Below are positions 59,572 to 64,000 of a stretch of DNA of 64,000 nt, piece after piece. Below the pieces are notes generated by a model, which saw nothing but the letters and a program-made list of their open reading frames with translations, had not been told where the DNA came from and searched no databases. Numbering within the stretch: the stretch's first letter is position 1; each line of letters begins with the position of its first letter. A program made the translations under genes and the position numbers. This DNA comes from Planctomycetota bacterium (GTDB lineage Bacteria > Planctomycetota > UBA8108 > SXIK01). The stretch is taken from NCBI GenBank assembly GCA_965223265.1, contig OZ244999.1, positions 6,144,001-6,208,000 of the forward strand, given 5' to 3'.

Positions 59572-59952
59572 CTACCAGGGAAACGGTGGATGGTGACTCG
59601 GGCGAAGAGGACGCTGCGCGTGCAGATCGAGGCCGGTCCGGCCCCCCTCGTCCGCCTCTCGATCGTCGCCGAGGTCGAGCGCGGGATTTAGCTCCACCCG
59701 AGAGGCGATGCGCGGAGCCAGCTGGCACAAGCTGTGCAGTCGGCGACGAAACTCCGAGGCTTCCGCGTCCGTCAGACGGAGATTGACAACGGCGCAGGCG
59801 GGGCTCTCGTCATCAGACGCGCCGACCGGCGACGGCTCGGAATCGATCTGTTCACCGTGCCGCAGGCTCTGCGCACGTTCACTAGCGTCCAGCCGGCGAA
59901 GTGCGTTGGCGACTACGGAACCCCGACTCAGCGGCGGCTCACGTCGATCCAT
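59572..59952 (-). CDS. Hypothetical protein between mraZ and rsmH
   Basis: GAGGAG RBS before ATG; co-oriented with and inside the operon. Confidence 0.55.
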   Translation of the reverse strand: MDRREPPLSRGSVVANALRRLDASERAQSLRHGEQIDSEPSPVGASDDESPACAVVNLRLTDAEASEFRRRLHSLCQLAPRIASRVELNPALDLGDDREADEGGRTGLDLHAQRPLRPSHHPPFPW

Positions 59953-60049
59953 GGAAAGCTCTCCTCATACTGTGCGGCAGAGATCCACGCTTCAGCCCCA
60001 AGCGGGGCCCGAATTTCGCGTGCCGTATTTCGATCTCGCTGTCCCCCTC

Positions 60050-60475
60050 TCAAAGCGGCGGATTCGGCGTCTTCGACTCGAGCCGCCTGCGCCAAGACTC
60101 CCGCGGCCAGATTTCGACGAAGTCGACAAGGCCGACGAACTGTACGTCCCGTTCGATGCCGACGGCTTGCCGGCAGCTCTCCGGGACGAGGAAACGGCCT
60201 TGGTTGTCACACTGCACGCGTGTCGCGCGGCCTGCGTAGTCACGCAGGAACTCGCGCGCGGCGCTGCTGCGGTGTGGATCGTGGGTCGCCTTGAGTTCTT
60301 GGATGCGAGCCTCGAAGGCGCGCCAGGGATGGAGTTCGAGGCACTCGCCAGTATCCTTGGGGACGAGAACGAACCCTTGCTCGACTTCGGACTCGTGCAT
60401 CCAGCGCCGAATTGCCGAAGGTAAGACGACACGCGATTTGTCGTCGAGGGCGTGCTCGAATTCACCGAGAAACAT
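60050..60475 (-). CDS. mraZ: Division/cell wall cluster regulator MraZ
   Basis: MFLGEFEHALDDKSRV.LP, D.QGRF..P, EIW. Confidence 0.95.
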   Translation of the reverse strand: MFLGEFEHALDDKSRVVLPSAIRRWMHESEVEQGFVLVPKDTGECLELHPWRAFEARIQELKATHDPHRSSAAREFLRDYAGRATRVQCDNQGRFLVPESCRQAVGIERDVQFVGLVDFVEIWPRESWRRRLESKTPNPPL

Positions 60476-60513
60476 GCGTCTGATCGCGACCCGAAAGCCA
60501 TCTTGAGGTCCAA

Positions 60514-60618
60514 CCCACCAGAGAGGCGCTCAAAACCACTCAGCCCCACCAACGAGTTTTAGTCTCCCACTCTCTACCACCAAGGCCCCGAGTTTAACCA
60601 CCCGGGGAACCGTGTCAA
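60514..60618 (-). promoter_or_regulatory. dcw promoter with MraZ-type GTGG(G/T) boxes
   Basis: Minus-strand TTGACA(60618-60613)-N16-TAAACT(60596-60591); six GTGGG/GTGGT boxes. Confidence 0.7.
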
Positions 60619-60847
60619 CCTGGGTGTTCGTTTTTTTTACGGCGCACGAAAACACTACTATATGTCGCGCCACTGGCTGCAACGACACCACCACAAAAGC
60701 TGCCGACCCTGGCTCCGCCGGAGGCCTCGACTCCTCCGACGAGGTGCGATGTCGCATTTCGGGACGTCTAGCGCGCACCACTGCATTCCACCCACCCCCA
60801 CGCAGGGCGCGCGCCCCGGTTCGCTGCGCGCGGGCTTCGATCGCGTT

Positions 60848-61987
60848 TCAGCGATTGCAGGTGAGAGAGTCCTCGGTCGGATCGACTCCAGCGGTCGGGA
60901 ACGGGGCCGGGACCGGATCTTTTTCGCCTGGCTCGAAGAGAAAATTCAGGATCGAGATCGGATCCGAAATATCGACCGAACCGCTGTCATCGAAGTCTCC
61001 CGCGTCCTCGCAGTCGATCGTCACGTTGGCGACGAAGAGATGGTCCAAAACTGCGATCGCGTCGGAGATATTCACGTCGTTGTCGTCATTCGCATCGCCA
61101 CGGAGGAAGACCGGACCGGTACGAGACACGACGCAGCGCACGCGACACCCCTCAGAGCCGCCGTCAAGAAGCGGCGCCACTTCGTAGACGATGTCACCCG
61201 CAGGCGGCGTTTCGTCGATGAACGATTGCACGCTCGGGATCGGAAAACTCGCCAAGCGTTCACCGTCGCGGTAGATCACCGAACCGCGGACCGCGCCGCC
61301 GTCCGGAATCAGCCATTGAAGCTCGACCGTCGCGTCACGATCGATGCAAGTGACCGCCTCGATCTGCGCTCCGGCGTCGGCGACCGTCACGATCGACGGC
61401 GACGAGAGTGAGGTGTTGAGCGCCAATCCATCGGCGCCGAACACTTTGGAGACCTGATCGATCGGGGGATGACAAGATTCGCTGTTGAACGCAAAACTGG
61501 CTTCGCCGCTCATCGCGCCACGGACACGAAAGACCAGGCGTCCGACGTCAACGGCGTCGCTTTCAAACGGTTGTCCTCCCAGCTCACCAAAACTCGACCC
61601 AATGACCGCAACCACATCGTCAAGACTCCCGTCGTCCCATAAATCCGACACCGTGATCGTGCAATCGGCGAAACCGGAGCCGAAGGGTCGAGCCCCCGCG
61701 GTAGCGACAAACGCATCCACCGCGAGCGATTCGAAACGCACTGGTTCGAAGATCTCTGCCGGATAGCTCACGAAGGCCTGATATCCAGTGACGGACGCCA
61801 CGCTAGGGTTCGTCAGCTGGACCATGACTGCGAGCTCTTCGCCGGCACAGCCGCCGAGGCTCTCCACGCCTGCGATGAGGGACAGGCCCGCGTCCTGAGC
61901 TGAGGCGGTCCTTGCGAGCGTTAGGGACACCACAAGAAAAAGTGCGATCGCGCGGACAAACGGCACGCTTCGACGTCGAGGGAACAT
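60848..61987 (-). CDS. Secreted cohesin-like + Ig-like + dockerin-like protein
   Basis: Signal peptide; GYQAFVSYP cohesin-like strand; IYRDG Ig/FN3 motif; FLRGDANDD..VNISD tail. Confidence 0.78.
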   Translation of the reverse strand: MFPRRRSVPFVRAIALFLVVSLTLARTASAQDAGLSLIAGVESLGGCAGEELAVMVQLTNPSVASVTGYQAFVSYPAEIFEPVRFESLAVDAFVATAGARPFGSGFADCTITVSDLWDDGSLDDVVAVIGSSFGELGGQPFESDAVDVGRLVFRVRGAMSGEASFAFNSESCHPPIDQVSKVFGADGLALNTSLSSPSIVTVADAGAQIEAVTCIDRDATVELQWLIPDGGAVRGSVIYRDGERLASFPIPSVQSFIDETPPAGDIVYEVAPLLDGGSEGCRVRCVVSRTGPVFLRGDANDDNDVNISDAIAVLDHLFVANVTIDCEDAGDFDDSGSVDISDPISILNFLFEPGEKDPVPAPFPTAGVDPTEDSLTCNR

Positions 61988-62266
61988 GATGCCTCGCGAG
62001 GGGAAAACGGTCCAAGGTCGCGCCGCAGCTACGACTCCACAGCAGCCTACACAAGAGCTACCTACACCGAAGAGATGCGACGCCCGACAACTGACGCGCG
62101 TTTCTCGTGAGCGTGAAGCTCCCGCCTTGCCTGCGACCATTCGAAGTCTGGCGACAAAGCCAAGAAAACGCGTTGGCTCAACGTTACCACACGCAAACCG
62201 CCGCCAAGAGGCTAAAAAAAAGGCGAACGTGAACGCTTGAGCTGAACAGCGGCGCTGTCGGTTGAA

Positions 62267-62381
62267 CAGCCGCCTGAAAGATCATTCGGCCGAGGAAACT
62301 GGCCTCTTCACGCCCAGACGGACTGCGTCAATACTCGAGAATCCCGATTGCCTGCGTTTGTCGCGGCGAATCTGGACGCGA
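62267..62381 (-). repeat. MITE-like repeat, copy 4 (truncated)
   Basis: CATTCGGCCGAGGAAACTGGCCTCTTCACGCCCAG...GTCAATACTCG matches the other copies; one TIR lost. Confidence 0.8.
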
Positions 62382-62394
62382 CCCGAACTCGAGG

Positions 62395-63219
62395 TTAGAG
62401 GTCCAGGCCCTGCTTGCAATCAAGCCGGCTGAAGTAATCGAGGCTGCCGGGTGCGGGAAACGGGTGCGGCGGAGGCGGCATCGACGGCTCGAACAGGAAC
62501 CTAAGGAGATAGATCGCGTCGGAGATGTCGACCCAATCGTCTAGATTCACATCGCACGCAACCAGACACGAAGGCGGTTCGAATCCGTATGAAAACTGGT
62601 AGTTCAGCACCGCGATCGGATCGGCAATGTCGACCAAAACATCGGAGTTCGCGTCGCCGCGGATAAACATTGTCTTGCGCAGAAGCGTAATCGAACCACC
62701 GCCAAGCTCGTCGACAGGGACGGAAACATCGTCAACGACAAAGAGATTCTGCACGGGTGGTTGAAAGAGGCCGTCGCGAAACTCGAGCTGAATGTCCTCG
62801 GACGCGTCGCTGGAGACTTCCACCAACATGCGCGCCAGGGCCAACGGTTGGCCGATCGCAGGAATCAACTCGCTTTCAAAGGGTGGTTTCACGTCGACAA
62901 GAGCCGCGAGAAAGACGTGACCTTGCTCGCGATCGACTTCGCTGACGAGGAAGTCCGCGCCGATAGCACCGAGGATGGTCTGCGTGAAGTCGATGTTGAC
63001 GATCTCGAGAGCGTCGACGGGATAACTGAACGCAAGCGAGAAGCCCTGGACCGAAACCGCATAGTCGCCTTCGACCGTCAGCTCGATCTGTTGGCCCGGA
63101 AACGCCTCCGCTTCGGGTATCAAGAAACGGAATCCTTCAGCCCGCAATTGAGCCGCACCCAAGACGACCGCGAGAACTGCGGAGACACTGACACTCGTGT
63201 TTCTCACCGCTCTGCACAT
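62395..63219 (-). CDS. Secreted cohesin-like + dockerin-like protein
   Basis: Signal peptide; VQGFSLAFSYP; FIRGDANSD..VDIAD...DVNLD..VDISD. Confidence 0.8.
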   Translation of the reverse strand: MCRAVRNTSVSVSAVLAVVLGAAQLRAEGFRFLIPEAEAFPGQQIELTVEGDYAVSVQGFSLAFSYPVDALEIVNIDFTQTILGAIGADFLVSEVDREQGHVFLAALVDVKPPFESELIPAIGQPLALARMLVEVSSDASEDIQLEFRDGLFQPPVQNLFVVDDVSVPVDELGGGSITLLRKTMFIRGDANSDVLVDIADPIAVLNYQFSYGFEPPSCLVACDVNLDDWVDISDAIYLLRFLFEPSMPPPPHPFPAPGSLDYFSRLDCKQGLDL

Positions 63220-63648
63220 GAATCCTCCCCGTTCGACGTCGTAGCCAGACGGTTACGTCAGCAGCCTGTTAGATCAAGAGCGAGACCAAGAACCCGCGCG
63301 TGTCACGGCAGCGGTCACCCGACCGCAGTGGCGCGCCACACACCTAAAGATAAGGTGTTTGGGACGCGAACCGTCCGTAACCAAACCCTTTCGATCATCC
63401 ACGCGACGAAACGATCCAAAACCAGACGGCCCAAAACCAGACGGCCTGTCGTCAGCAAGCCAAATGGCGCTCAAGAGGCCGAGCTAGGTGCGTGATCGGA
63501 CCCAGTGTCGATGTAGCGGATGGACCCTTAGTGTACTGGGACTCCCGGGAGTTGAAAAACTCTAAATCCCCGAAAAGCCACCGTACAACGAGGGCTGGCG
63601 GTCGAATGGCGCGTGAAACCGTTCAGCTAGGCCAAGCTAGGCCAAGCT

Positions 63649-64000
63649 CATAGATTGGGAGGTTAGCCGTAACCGATTATGGGATCGATGTCTACGGTCT
63701 CGAAGGCGTTCTTCGTTTGCGGATTCGTTCGTCCGGCTGTCGATCGCAAGAGGAGAAGAACGCGTTTGAGCATCGCGACAAGGGAGCGCGGCTTCGAGAT
63801 GCAAGCTCGCCCGACGTCCCTGAAGAATGTCCAGCTCAGGTCGGCGGCGATGAACGGTGCGGCATGCTTCCCTGTGTTTCGAAACGCTGAATAGAGTAGG
63901 AACCTTCGGACAAGCACGGCGAGCATGCTCGCCCAGACGAGTCCCTCGACGATGTGAGGATCCTTTGTCTGGAACTTCCGCAAGTTGGTGAACGACTTGC
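63649..64000 (-). mobile_element. IS4-family element: transposase C-terminus (63663 to window edge) and terminal sequence
   Basis: KSFTNLRKFQTKDPHIVEGLVWAS resembles IS4 DDE transposase C-terminus; candidate end CATAGATTGG at 63649. Confidence 0.7.

Overview
High-GC bacterial chromosome segment that reads as Planctomycetota (inferred from C-terminal dockerin-like RGDxNxD proteins, prepilin/H-X9-DG proteins, many ECF sigma factors, and a dcw cluster with no ftsA/ftsZ). 1-6560 is the end of a probable integrated element at the 3' end of tRNA-Pro(UGG). It carries an RHH regulator, a phage annealing-type protein, an excisionase-like HTH, and an unusual HAD-phosphatase/PfkB-kinase/AAA+ fusion. Core genes follow: cohesin/dockerin proteins, two ECF sigma/anti-sigma pairs, MshEN-motif proteins, hemW, rsgA, tilS, two pilin-like paralogs, groEL-groEL-dnaJ-grpE-FmdB-yacG, a rearranged dcw cluster (no murD, ddl, ftsA or ftsZ) and the end of an IS4 element. 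Best leads: (1) a four-helix-bundle gene bracketed by GTAG-hairpin REP-like units interleaved with a (GTGTGC)n microsatellite (28430-29398); (2) the HAD-PfkB-AAA fusion; (3) the FtsZ-less dcw cluster; (4) four proteins each carrying both a cohesin-like and a dockerin-like module; (5) a ~160-bp MITE family sitting at stop codons. All family calls come from reading motifs by eye; no database searches were run.
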